From an uncultured delta proteobacterium (GTDB lineage: Bacteria; Desulfobacterota; Binatia; UBA9968), in contig CAVSLC010000010.1 of assembly GCA_963728565.1 (NCBI GenBank), forward strand, positions 64,001 through 128,000: a DNA stretch of 64,000 bases. Direction: 5' to 3'. The position numbers and the translations under genes were made by a program. The first letter of the stretch is position 1. Every line of letters begins with the position of its first letter. The notes beneath the pieces were generated by a model. It had not been told where the DNA came from and did not search any database. It saw nothing but the letters and a program-made list of their open reading frames with translations. This document shows, one piece after another, positions 51,265-60,502 of the stretch.

Positions 51265-52426
51265 GGGCGTTTGTTTCCTCCGCGAGCAGCGCTACATGCA
51301 GCGGCAACAACGGCATCTTTTGCAATTGCCAGAGAAAGACTCCGAGCCATATTCCGCCCATACCGATCATCAGGGTAACATCCAGCCAGTGGATAGCGGA
51401 GTTTTCGAAGCCCGGCACAATCATCCAGTAAGTGTCCAAAAGCCGCATCACCAGCACGCCCGCAGCCACCCAAACCAGGACATTGGGGTTGCGCTTGATG
51501 TCCCTCATGAGAAGCAGGAACAGCGGCACAAAGAAATGAAAAATCACCAGCAGCGGCGGCAGCCAGCTCCACAGCCCCTCGGTGCGGGCAATGTACCAGG
51601 GAATTTCTTCGGCCAGGTTACCCGACCAGATAATCAGATATTGCGAAAACATCATGTAAGCCCAGAGCATGATGAACGCGAGCAACAGATTGCCCAAATC
51701 TTGAAAGTGGCTAGGACGCAGTCGCATTGCCAGCGGTTCGCGCGCCCCAAGCCATGCCAGTCCGACGATGGCGAAGGCCAGAGCGGCGACTCCTTGATTG
51801 ATGACCCAGATGACGCCGTATCCCGTCGAATACCAATGCGGTTCAATGGACATGATCCAGTCCACGGATGCGAAGCTCATCGTGAGAAGATAAATCAGCA
51901 ACCCGGGACCGCTAAGGCGGCGCATGCGTTTGCCGGCGGGCAGTTCCGCGGATGCATCTTGCTCCCGCGACCAGCGGTTTAGAAAATAACCCAATACTCC
52001 CCAGAGACCGAGGTACAAAATCGTTCTGGCGATAAAAAAGGGTACATTCAGGTACGCGGATTTTTGGCGCAGAATTTCATCCTCGGCGACATGCCCGGGA
52101 CTGGCCCAAGGGTAAACCGCTTGGAGTCCAAACAGCAGCGGCACAAACAACAGGGTCACAAGGGGCAAGGTGCGGGTTGCCGATTCGAGCAGGCGCCGGA
52201 TCATCACGCCCCATCTGCCGCCGACGAGAAAGTGCAGCATCAGAAAGGCCAAAGAGCCGAGCGGAATCGCCAGCCAAAAGATATAAGCCACGATGTACGA
52301 GCGAAAAAATTGCGCGCTATCGAAGAAGCCGCCGATGACCGAGATAGCCGCGCCGACGACGCCGGCGATAAAAGCCTGGCGCGCCAGGCCTTCGATTGTC
52401 CATTCGCTAGTGGCAGAGTTGGTCAC
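51257..52426 (-). CDS. actF: Alternative complex III subunit F
   Basis: DWIMSIEPHWYST, DLGNLL and QYLIIWSGNLAEE; GTG start overlapping the actE stop. Confidence 0.92.
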   Translation of the reverse strand: MTNSATSEWTIEGLARQAFIAGVVGAAISVIGGFFDSAQFFRSYIVAYIFWLAIPLGSLAFLMLHFLVGGRWGVMIRRLLESATRTLPLVTLLFVPLLFGLQAVYPWASPGHVAEDEILRQKSAYLNVPFFIARTILYLGLWGVLGYFLNRWSREQDASAELPAGKRMRRLSGPGLLIYLLTMSFASVDWIMSIEPHWYSTGYGVIWVINQGVAALAFAIVGLAWLGAREPLAMRLRPSHFQDLGNLLLAFIMLWAYMMFSQYLIIWSGNLAEEIPWYIARTEGLWSWLPPLLVIFHFFVPLFLLLMRDIKRNPNVLVWVAAGVLVMRLLDTYWMIVPGFENSAIHWLDVTLMIGMGGIWLGVFLWQLQKMPLLPLHVALLAEETNAHG

Positions 52427-53049
52427 TTGGTCTCTTTCATCTTTGCGCGATCTTCCGGCGGCAATTGATCCAGGCGCACATTTCGACTGAACTGAAGAGC
52501 GCGAATGTATGCGATGACAGCCCACCGGTCCCGCTCCGAGAGTTGATTTGCATACGAAGGCATCTGGCCAAAACCCTGCGTCATGATCTCGAAGAAATGG
52601 CCCGCCGGGGCATCGCGCAGCCTGGGGTCGTGAAACGATCGCGCCGGCGTAAAACCGCGCCGGACGATCATTCCCTGGCCGGTGCCGAGCCGATCGTGAC
52701 ACGGCGAGCAAAATATTTCATAGCGGTCCTGGCCGCGCCCCAGCACTTCCATGGTCACCTCGAATGGGAAAGCATCGACCAGCTTGCCGTCGACTTTGCT
52801 ATCGAAACGCGCGCCGTTCTGCTCTTTCCCGGCGCGCGCCACCGTGCCCGGCTCGACCGGCCGCGAAGCCATGCCGTCATCAAAAAAGTTGCTTGGCTCT
52901 AATGGTCGCTGGTGCGGCTGATCCGCCATTTGCTGCCGGCAACCGGCAATGGCGAATATCGCCACCGAGGTAAGCATCATCAACTTTTCGAGCAGTTTCA
53001 ACATAATCAACGATGAGCGCTCAATTTCTTCGTCATGGTTCCACTTCAT
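52423..53049 (-). CDS. actE: Alternative complex III monoheme cytochrome c lipoprotein
   Basis: Lipobox IAGC, CSPCH, MPSYA and DRWAVIAYIRALQ. Confidence 0.92.
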   Translation of the reverse strand: MKWNHDEEIERSSLIMLKLLEKLMMLTSVAIFAIAGCRQQMADQPHQRPLEPSNFFDDGMASRPVEPGTVARAGKEQNGARFDSKVDGKLVDAFPFEVTMEVLGRGQDRYEIFCSPCHDRLGTGQGMIVRRGFTPARSFHDPRLRDAPAGHFFEIMTQGFGQMPSYANQLSERDRWAVIAYIRALQFSRNVRLDQLPPEDRAKMKETK

Positions 53050-53572
53050 GAATCGAGCTCGGGTTTAAGCTGCGCAAAAATTCCACAGTCTTATCGACAT
53101 CGAACTTCGGATCCGCCGCCTCGATGCATAGGAAAAAACGGTCGCGGCTCGCCAGTGCGAAACGCTCGACGTTGAATACCGGATGATACGGCATCGGCAA
53201 CCCGTTCAATCCGAGCATGCCCAAAACCGCGGCCAGGGCGGCGCCCAGAATTGTCGTCTCGAAAGTGACCGGAATAAAGGCGGGCCAGCTGTTATACGGC
53301 TTGCCCCCGACAATCAGCGGATAGTCGATCACCGATGTCCAATACTGCAGGTAGAAACCGCCGATGCCGCCGAGGAGGCCGCCGATCAGCACGATCAACG
53401 GTAGCTGTGTGCGTTTAAAGCCGATCACTTCGGCCAATCCTTCAACCGGAAACGGGCTGTACGCATCCATCCGCCGGTAGCCGGCGGCGTGGGCGCGCTC
53501 GGCGCCGACGCGGAGCATTTCCGGACTATCGAATTCGGCCATTAGGCCATAAATTAGCGGCGCCTGTTTCAC
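53033..53572 (-). CDS. actD: Alternative complex III subunit D (DUF3341)
   Basis: DAYSPFPVEG, GGKPYNSWPAFIPVTFE and DRFFLCIE. Confidence 0.93.
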   Translation of the reverse strand: MKQAPLIYGLMAEFDSPEMLRVGAERAHAAGYRRMDAYSPFPVEGLAEVIGFKRTQLPLIVLIGGLLGGIGGFYLQYWTSVIDYPLIVGGKPYNSWPAFIPVTFETTILGAALAAVLGMLGLNGLPMPYHPVFNVERFALASRDRFFLCIEAADPKFDVDKTVEFLRSLNPSSIHEVEP

Positions 53573-54952
53573 TCAGCTCTCCTCCCGTTCCTCATGCACC
53601 AATTCGCGCATCTCGAAGATTGAGATCATCGGCAGCACCCGGATAAAAAGAAAAAGCAACGAAAGAAAAAGACCCACAGTGCCTATAAACGTGGCCCAGT
53701 CCCAGATGGTCCCCGAATACATGCCCCAGGACGAAGGCAGAAAATCGCGATGAAGGCTGGTGACAACGATGATGTAGCGTTCAAGCCACATACCCAGGCT
53801 GACCACCAGAGAAATGACAAAAAGCAGCGGCACCGATGCGCGCAGCCGTGGCGACCACAGCAGTTGCGGCACCAGGCCATTGCAAATCAGCAGGAGCCAA
53901 TACATAGGCGCATACGGTCCGGTGGCGCGATTGGACATCATGTAAGCCTCATTGGGGTTGGCGCTGTACCAGGCAAAGAATGCCTCCATGATGTAGCCAT
54001 AAAAGACAAACAGCCCGGTGGTCAGCATCACCTTGGCCATGTTGTCGAGGTGGTGCATGGTGATCAGATCTTCGAGCCGGTAGGCAGCGCGCAACGGGAT
54101 CGCCAGGGTCAGCACCATGGCAAAGCCGGCGTAGATCGCTCCGGCGACGAAGTAGGGCGGGAAGATCGTCGAATGCCAGCCCGGCAAAAGGCTCACGGCA
54201 AAATCCAGGCTGACGATGCTGTGAACCGAAATCACCAGCGGTGTCGCCAAGCCGGCGAGCAGCAGGTAAGCGGTTTCATAGCGATGCCAATGAACCGCCG
54301 AGCCGCGCCAGCCCATCGCCAGCATGCCATACGCCATTCGCGCGAAACGGTGCCGGGCGCGGTCGCGCAAGGTCGCCAAGTCCGGGATCAAGCCAATGTA
54401 CCAGAACAGGAAAGAAACGGTGGCGTAGGTCGATACCGCAAAAACATCCCAGACCAGCGGGCTGCGAAACTGCGGCCAGAGGCCCATCGTGTTGGGATAA
54501 GGGAAGAGCCAGTAGGCGAATCCCGGACGACCCAGATGGAGAATTGGATAGAGGCCCGCGCACGCCACGGCGAAAAGCGTCATCGCTTCGGCGAAACGGT
54601 TAATCGAAGTGCGCCAGCGCTGGCGCAGCAGCAGCAGGATCGCCGAGATCAAGGTCCCCGCATGACCGATACCAATCCACCAGACGAAGTTAATAATCGC
54701 AAAGCCCCACGCCACCGGGACATTGACCCCCCAGATGCCGATGCCGCTAATCAACAGATGCGCGACCGCGACAAACAGGAGATTCATCAAAAGAAACGAG
54801 ATGCCGAAACCAATCCACCAACCCTTGGGTGTTTTGCGCGTCAGAACGATCTCGCTGATTTTGTCGGTAATCGAACCGGGAGTATGACCAGGCCCGATCA
54901 CATCGTAGCGACGGTCGCGTGTTCCGGTGTCAGCTGCGGCGGGTTCGGTCAC
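53573..54952 (-). CDS. actC: Alternative complex III quinol-binding subunit (NrfD family)
   Basis: [30 protein letters not shown] and SVHSIVS. Confidence 0.95.
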   Translation of the reverse strand: MTEPAAADTGTRDRRYDVIGPGHTPGSITDKISEIVLTRKTPKGWWIGFGISFLLMNLLFVAVAHLLISGIGIWGVNVPVAWGFAIINFVWWIGIGHAGTLISAILLLLRQRWRTSINRFAEAMTLFAVACAGLYPILHLGRPGFAYWLFPYPNTMGLWPQFRSPLVWDVFAVSTYATVSFLFWYIGLIPDLATLRDRARHRFARMAYGMLAMGWRGSAVHWHRYETAYLLLAGLATPLVISVHSIVSLDFAVSLLPGWHSTIFPPYFVAGAIYAGFAMVLTLAIPLRAAYRLEDLITMHHLDNMAKVMLTTGLFVFYGYIMEAFFAWYSANPNEAYMMSNRATGPYAPMYWLLLICNGLVPQLLWSPRLRASVPLLFVISLVVSLGMWLERYIIVVTSLHRDFLPSSWGMYSGTIWDWATFIGTVGLFLSLLFLFIRVLPMISIFEMRELVHEEREES

Positions 54953-57900
54953 TTTTTCTTGGCTCCGAGGTCCGGATTAGGATTTTTAAGCCGGGCCAGA
55001 TATGTTGTTCGCGGCCGGGTGTTGAGCTCGGCCAGCATTGCATAGTTGAGCGGATCCTTCTTCAGCTTTGACACCGCGGCGCCGGCATCGCTCATATCGC
55101 CGAAGATGATCGCTTCGGTTGGACAAGCCTGCGCGCAGGCGGTGACGACTTCGCCGTCGCGTATCGGTCGATTTTCCTTTTTCGCTTCGATGCGGCCATG
55201 GTTGATCCGTTGCACGCAATACGTACATTTTTCCATAACGCCCCGGCTTCTGACCGTGACGTCGGGGTTGTAACCCAGCTTGCGCACTTCGGTTCGGAAA
55301 TCGGCATACTGATAGAAATTGAAGCGTCGAACTTTATAAGGACAGTTGTTGGAACAATAGCGGGTGCCGACGCAGCGGTTGTAAACCATGTCGTTTAAGC
55401 CCTCGGTGCTGTGTGCCGTGGCGCCTACCGGACAAACCGGTTCACAGGGCGCGTTCTCGCAATGCATGCACGGCACCGGCTGGAACAGAACGTCGGGGTT
55501 TTCCGCGGGCCCTTCGTAGTAACGATCGACTCTCAACCAAAGCATCTCCCGGCCTCGGGCAACTTCCGCTTTGCCGACCACTGGAATGTTGTTTTCCGCT
55601 TGGCAGGCGACGACGCAGGCGTTGCAGCCGATGCATACACTGGTGTCAATCACCATGGCCCAAGCGCTGCCATCGAACTTGTGCTGGGGATAGAGCGACA
55701 AATCGGCCGGCGGTTCATGGGCCATCTCATGAACGAACTCCGGATGCTCACGGAACTGTTCCAAGGTGCCGCTGCGAACCAGGGGCCGTCCTACCATCGT
55801 ATGATGGCCCTGCGTGGTGACAAGATCGTGGCGTCGGCCGGTTTTGCTTATCTGCAAGCCGCCGGCAAACCACGGCTGGCCGGTGGTACGCAGAGGATAA
55901 GCGTTGAAGCCGAGTGCGCTGCCCACCTTGCCGGCGCGGGTGCGGCCATAGCCCAGATGCACGGTGACAGACTGATCAGCTTGGCCCGGGTTGATCCAAA
56001 CCGGCGCGGCGATCGCAGAATCGCCCAAGCGGAGTTCGACGACGTCGCCATTGTGCAATGTCAGACGTTGCGCCGTGCGCGGACTGATCAATGCCGCATT
56101 GTCCCAGGTCATCTTGCTCAACGGTTTCGGCAATTCCTGGAGCCAAGCGTTGTTGGCGAAACGGCCGTCCCAAATCGTCGGATCGGGCCGAAAAACCAGC
56201 TCCAAACCTTCCGCCGCATTTGCCCCAGCAGCGTCCGGCCTCGACGGCGCCGCAGTCTGCGCGCCAACGGCGGCGGTCCTGCGCCTTGCGCCGCTATCGG
56301 GAATAAACCCGTCATGCAAAGCGCGGCGCCACCATTCGTCAAAATCGGCGCCGCCGATGCGGCCGCGCCAGAATTGGCGCACGATGTCATGAGCGGATGT
56401 CTCCGCGCTACCGTTGAGCGCCGCGAATAACTCATGCGGCGATTTGCCGCCATAGAGCGGCGCGATCAACGGCTGCTGAATAGTTACGATGCCGTCGAAG
56501 CTTCGGGCATCGCCCCAGGTCTCCAAGAAATGAGCTTGCGGAACATGCCACTGGCACAGCGCCGAGGTCTCATCTTCATATTCGCCAAAATGCGTGCGAA
56601 ACCGAACTTTAGACAGCGATTCGGCAAAACGCAGATCCGCCGGCGCGCTGTAAACCGGGTTAGTTCCGATGATGAACAGCGCTTCGACAGCGCCTTGCGC
56701 CATGTCGCGCGCGAGCCCTTGGAGGGAGCTTGCGCCGCCGTCGAGTGATTCCTCGGCAGGCTCGGCATAAACCACCGTGGTCCCGACGTTGCCAAGCAGT
56801 TGGTTCATCGAGTGGGCTAGAGCGTGCACCCCGGGGGGCTGAAATTCGCCGGCGATAACCAGGCTCGAGCCGCGATGCTGTTGCAGGTCTGCGGCAACCG
56901 TGTCGATCCAGGCTTTGTACGGCGCAAGTTCTTGAGCATCCTCGGCGCCGGGCTGTTTGGCGCCCAGGCGGCGCGCCACCGCCTGCGCCAGCGATCCGAT
57001 CCGGCCCGCGGCTATGGCGAGGCGATGATCCGCGATTGACCCGGTTATCGACGGCGTCGGTTCGGCGACATAGAGCCGATTTATTTCCGCCTGCTCGCCG
57101 CGCACTTTTCTGCGATTGGAGAAATCACGCGCATAGCGAAGTGAGCCGGGCTCGCTGAAGAGAAAATCCGAGTCCAGTGAGAGAATTACATCGGCGCCAT
57201 CGAAACGGTAAAGGCTCTCGGCTTCCTGTCCCAGGGCGATCCGAGCGCCGTCGCGAGTGTTATCGCGCGACACCGGTTCGTAGGCATGCCACTTTGCCTG
57301 CGGGAATTGCTTTAACAGAGTCCTGATCTGTTCTCCCAGAGTCGGCGAGGTTACGGTGCCTGTGAGCAAGCGCAGCCCCGCTCCTCCTGACCGGGCGCAG
57401 GGAATCAAGTCGCGTGCGCGCCGTCCGGACGAAGTCCTCCCAGGTGGTGATGGCGCTGGAGTGGCGCACGACTTGAGAACGTTCCGGATCGTAAAGGCTT
57501 AGAATCGATGCCTGGATGAATGGGTTGGTGCCGCCCAAACTCGCCGGATGCTGCGGGTTGCCTTCAATCTTGATCGGCCTGCCTTCATAGCTCTTGACCA
57601 GAATCCCGGTCGCAACTCCTGCCAGTGTGAATGCGCTGGCGTAATCGAGAGTTTCACCGGCGGTGCGCTCCTCGGGAGACTGAACGTAGGGGACGATTTG
57701 CTCGGTGGGCCGCTCAGCGCATGCGCCGAGACCGGCCAGAGCCAGTGAAGCGCCCATGATCCGTAAAAACTCGCGCCGGCTCAGTCCATTGCTCAACAAC
57801 GAAGCGGCGCCGGGAAACTCTCCTTCGACAATTCGCTCGAATTCATCGCTTTGCGCCAGCTCTTCCAAGCTGCGCCAGTAGCGCCGGCCCTGCAGTCCGG

Positions 57901-57955
57901 ACAGCCGCTGGCGCCATTGCGTGGCGACTTGATTCGTGGTTCCGAGTTGACTCAC
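54949..57955 (-). CDS. actB: Alternative complex III subunit B (molybdopterin-oxidoreductase fold plus Fe-S), frameshifted near 57395
   Basis: YWRSLEEL, Tat motif [15 protein letters not shown]; C-terminal [23 protein letters not shown] and EKCTYC. Confidence 0.95.
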
Positions 57956-57965
57956 CTGGTTATCC

Positions 57966-58622
57966 TCATCTATGGCAAACCGAGCAGTCGGTTAGCTGTT
58001 CAGTGCGAACGTTGTATTTTCGAACCAGCTCCATGCCGAGCTCCGACTGGTTCGCCGGCGCAGTCCAGGACATGTTGAAGACTTCCTCGCGGGGACGGAG
58101 GTATTGCTCGGGATTGCGATGACAATCCAGGCACCATTCCATCAGCAGCGATTTTTCCTGGGCAACCAGCGGCATCTGATCGACCGCTCCATGACAAGTC
58201 GCGCAGCCGACGCCCTTGTTCACATGGATGCTGTGATTGAAATAGGCAAACTCCGCCAGGTTGTGAACCCGGGTCCAGCGCAGCGGTCGACCGGTGCGGT
58301 AACTTTCGCGCACCGGTTCGAGCATCGGACTGTTAGTCCAAATCTGTGAATGGCAATTCATGCAGATCGACGTTGACGGAATCCCCGCGAATGCGCTTTG
58401 CTCCACTGCGGTGTGGCAATATCGGCAATCGATGCCGAGCCCGCTGACATGATGCTTGTGGCTGAACGGGACTGGTTGCGGGCGCACCACGTTTGCCTGA
58501 GTGACATAAGATGATCGGTTCAGCTCCGCGAGTAGCCATAAGAGCCCGCCGATCAGAAACACGGCGCCAAAAATAGTTAATTTGGAGACCGTGTTGGTGC
58601 TGGGATGAAATATTTGAGCCAT
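57966..58622 (-). CDS. actA: Alternative complex III pentaheme cytochrome c
   Basis: Five CxxCH motifs (CRYCH, CMNCH, CATCH, CLDCH, CSVCH) and an N-terminal TM helix. Confidence 0.95.
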   Translation of the reverse strand: MAQIFHPSTNTVSKLTIFGAVFLIGGLLWLLAELNRSSYVTQANVVRPQPVPFSHKHHVSGLGIDCRYCHTAVEQSAFAGIPSTSICMNCHSQIWTNSPMLEPVRESYRTGRPLRWTRVHNLAEFAYFNHSIHVNKGVGCATCHGAVDQMPLVAQEKSLLMEWCLDCHRNPEQYLRPREEVFNMSWTAPANQSELGMELVRKYNVRTEQLTDCSVCHR

Positions 58623-58635
58623 TCACCCGCTGTGA

Positions 58636-59139
58636 TTAAGGTTTGCGCCCGGTTGCGCTCCAGGCGATGTTGCGCTTTTCGTCGTACATAACGATCGCGG
58701 GAAGCTCGTCAGGATCAAGGCCGATGCCCATGCGCAGATTGCCTTGGCTGTCGGCCAATCCCATGTCCGGCGAACCGGCGTCCTTCAAACCCACAATCAG
58801 CCGCGGTTTTCCATTGGCATCGCCGAACGCAATGCCGGCGTTGCCGTCGTTGGCCACTTTGAATTCAGCGCGAATCTTGCCGCTCTGATCCGCCAAAACC
58901 AGAGTCGATGCTTCCGTCTTGCTGTCCACGGCGAGGGTGCCGCGCACATTGCCGCTCTTGTCTCGCAAAACGAAACTTTGCGCTTCGACGACGCTTGCCA
59001 CGTTGGGCTTGCTTTGACCCATAAGGAAGGCGGCCATAATCAAGACGGCGAGGCCCACGCTCGTGAGGCGATAACGAAAATTCTGCTGCTCGAGATTTGC
59101 CAGCCGCTGGAGAATTTCTGCGGTTTCTAAGTCAGCCAT
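58636..59139 (-). CDS. Membrane-anchored hypothetical protein with ~22-aa beta repeats
   Basis: TM helix followed by LRDKSGNVR, LADQSGKIR, FGDANGKPR, LADSQGNLR and MYDEKRNI repeats. Confidence 0.8.
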   Translation of the reverse strand: MADLETAEILQRLANLEQQNFRYRLTSVGLAVLIMAAFLMGQSKPNVASVVEAQSFVLRDKSGNVRGTLAVDSKTEASTLVLADQSGKIRAEFKVANDGNAGIAFGDANGKPRLIVGLKDAGSPDMGLADSQGNLRMGIGLDPDELPAIVMYDEKRNIAWSATGRKP

Positions 59140-59155
59140 TTCTGATCCTCGGCGA

Positions 59156-60450
59156 TTAAAGTTCGAGTAACATCCGCACCGGATCCTCGACCGCTGTTTT
59201 TATCTGTTTTAAAAAGGTGACCGCCTCGCGCCCGTCGATGAGGCGATGATCGTAGCTCAAGGCCACATACATCATCGGCCGGATTACAACAGCGCCGTCA
59301 CGCGCCACCGGCCGCTCCTGCATCGCGTGCATTCCCAGGATAGCGCTCTGCGGCGGGTTGATAATCGGCGTTGACAGCAGCGATCCGTAAACGCCGCCGT
59401 TAGTGATCGTAAAAGTACCGCCTTGCAATTCGTCCGGCTTCAACTTGTTCTCCCGAGCGCGGCGGGCAAAGTCGCCGATGGCGATTTCGATTGCCGCAAA
59501 GCTCATGCTTTGGGCATCGCGCAGCACCGGCACGACCAGCCCGCGCCCGCCGCCCACGGCTACGCCAATGTCGAAATAGTTCCGGTACACGATACTACCG
59601 TCGCGTATTTCCGCGTTGACCTCCGGAATAAGCTTGAGCGCTTCAATTGCCGCTCTGACAAAAAAAGACATCAAGCCGAGTCTGACGTTGTATTTTTCCT
59701 TGAAAGCATCTTGATGGATCTGCCGCAGCTGATTGACGATCGACATGTCGATCTCGTTAAAAGTCGTCAGCAGGGCGGCAGTTTGCTGTGCCTGGACTAA
59801 CCGTTCGGCAAGTCGGCGGCGCAACTGGCTCATCGGCACGAGTTTTTCCTGCCGCTCGCTTCGGCTATCCCTGGCAATAGGCGATACTGAAATCTCGGCA
59901 GGCCGCGTCTGCTCTGACGGCGCCTCACGATCGGGAACCGATGGCCTGGCCTCTAGCTCAATTTCAGCGCCTTGGGTTGGTCGCGGCCGGCGCGCTCGTT
60001 TGGCCTTGTTGCGGCGGTTGCTCGATGAAAACTTGCAGTGGGCTCAGTAGCGCTGGGTCGCGCATCCGGCCCGTCCTCGGAATCCGCTTCGCCGGCGCTG
60101 ACCGGCTGTTCCGGCTTGGTTACTTTAGCCCGGCGGCCCTTTGGTTTTTTTGCTTCCGATGATTCAGCGACGCTCGTCTGATCTTCTCCAGCTCCATCGA
60201 CACTGGTATCTCCAGCCTGGTCCAGATGGCCGATAACTTCGCCGACTTGCGCGGTTTCTCCGCTGGCTTTTAAAATCTTGCTGAGCCTGCCTGCTTGCGG
60301 CGCAACAATTTCAACCGTCGCCTTGTCGGTTTCGATGACGACGAGATCCTCATCCTGCTGCACCGAGTCGCCGACGGCTTTGAGCCAATCACCAATTTCA
60401 ACCTCGGTGATTGATTCGCCGACCTCGGGAACCTTAACCTCAATGGTCAT
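59156..60450 (-). CDS. sucB: Dihydrolipoamide succinyltransferase (E2o), frameshifted in the linker
   Basis: Lipoyl motif ETDKA; [23 protein letters not shown] and YDHRLIDG. Confidence 0.93.
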
Positions 60451-60502
60451 TGCCCACCTTATGGAATTGACCGGTCCTCAACAGCATTAAAGCTAGCGCT
60501 CG

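Noticed and set aside
53750-55045. Long antisense ORFs (also 4639-5655, 55411-56430, 61586-62632, 29985-30752)
   Set aside because: They overlap well-supported genes on the opposite strand, carry no motifs, and are expected at this GC content.
54949-57955. ActB as a molybdoenzyme (nitrate/DMSO reductase)
   Set aside because: Gene context and architecture match ACIII ActB, which has the fold but no Mo cofactor.
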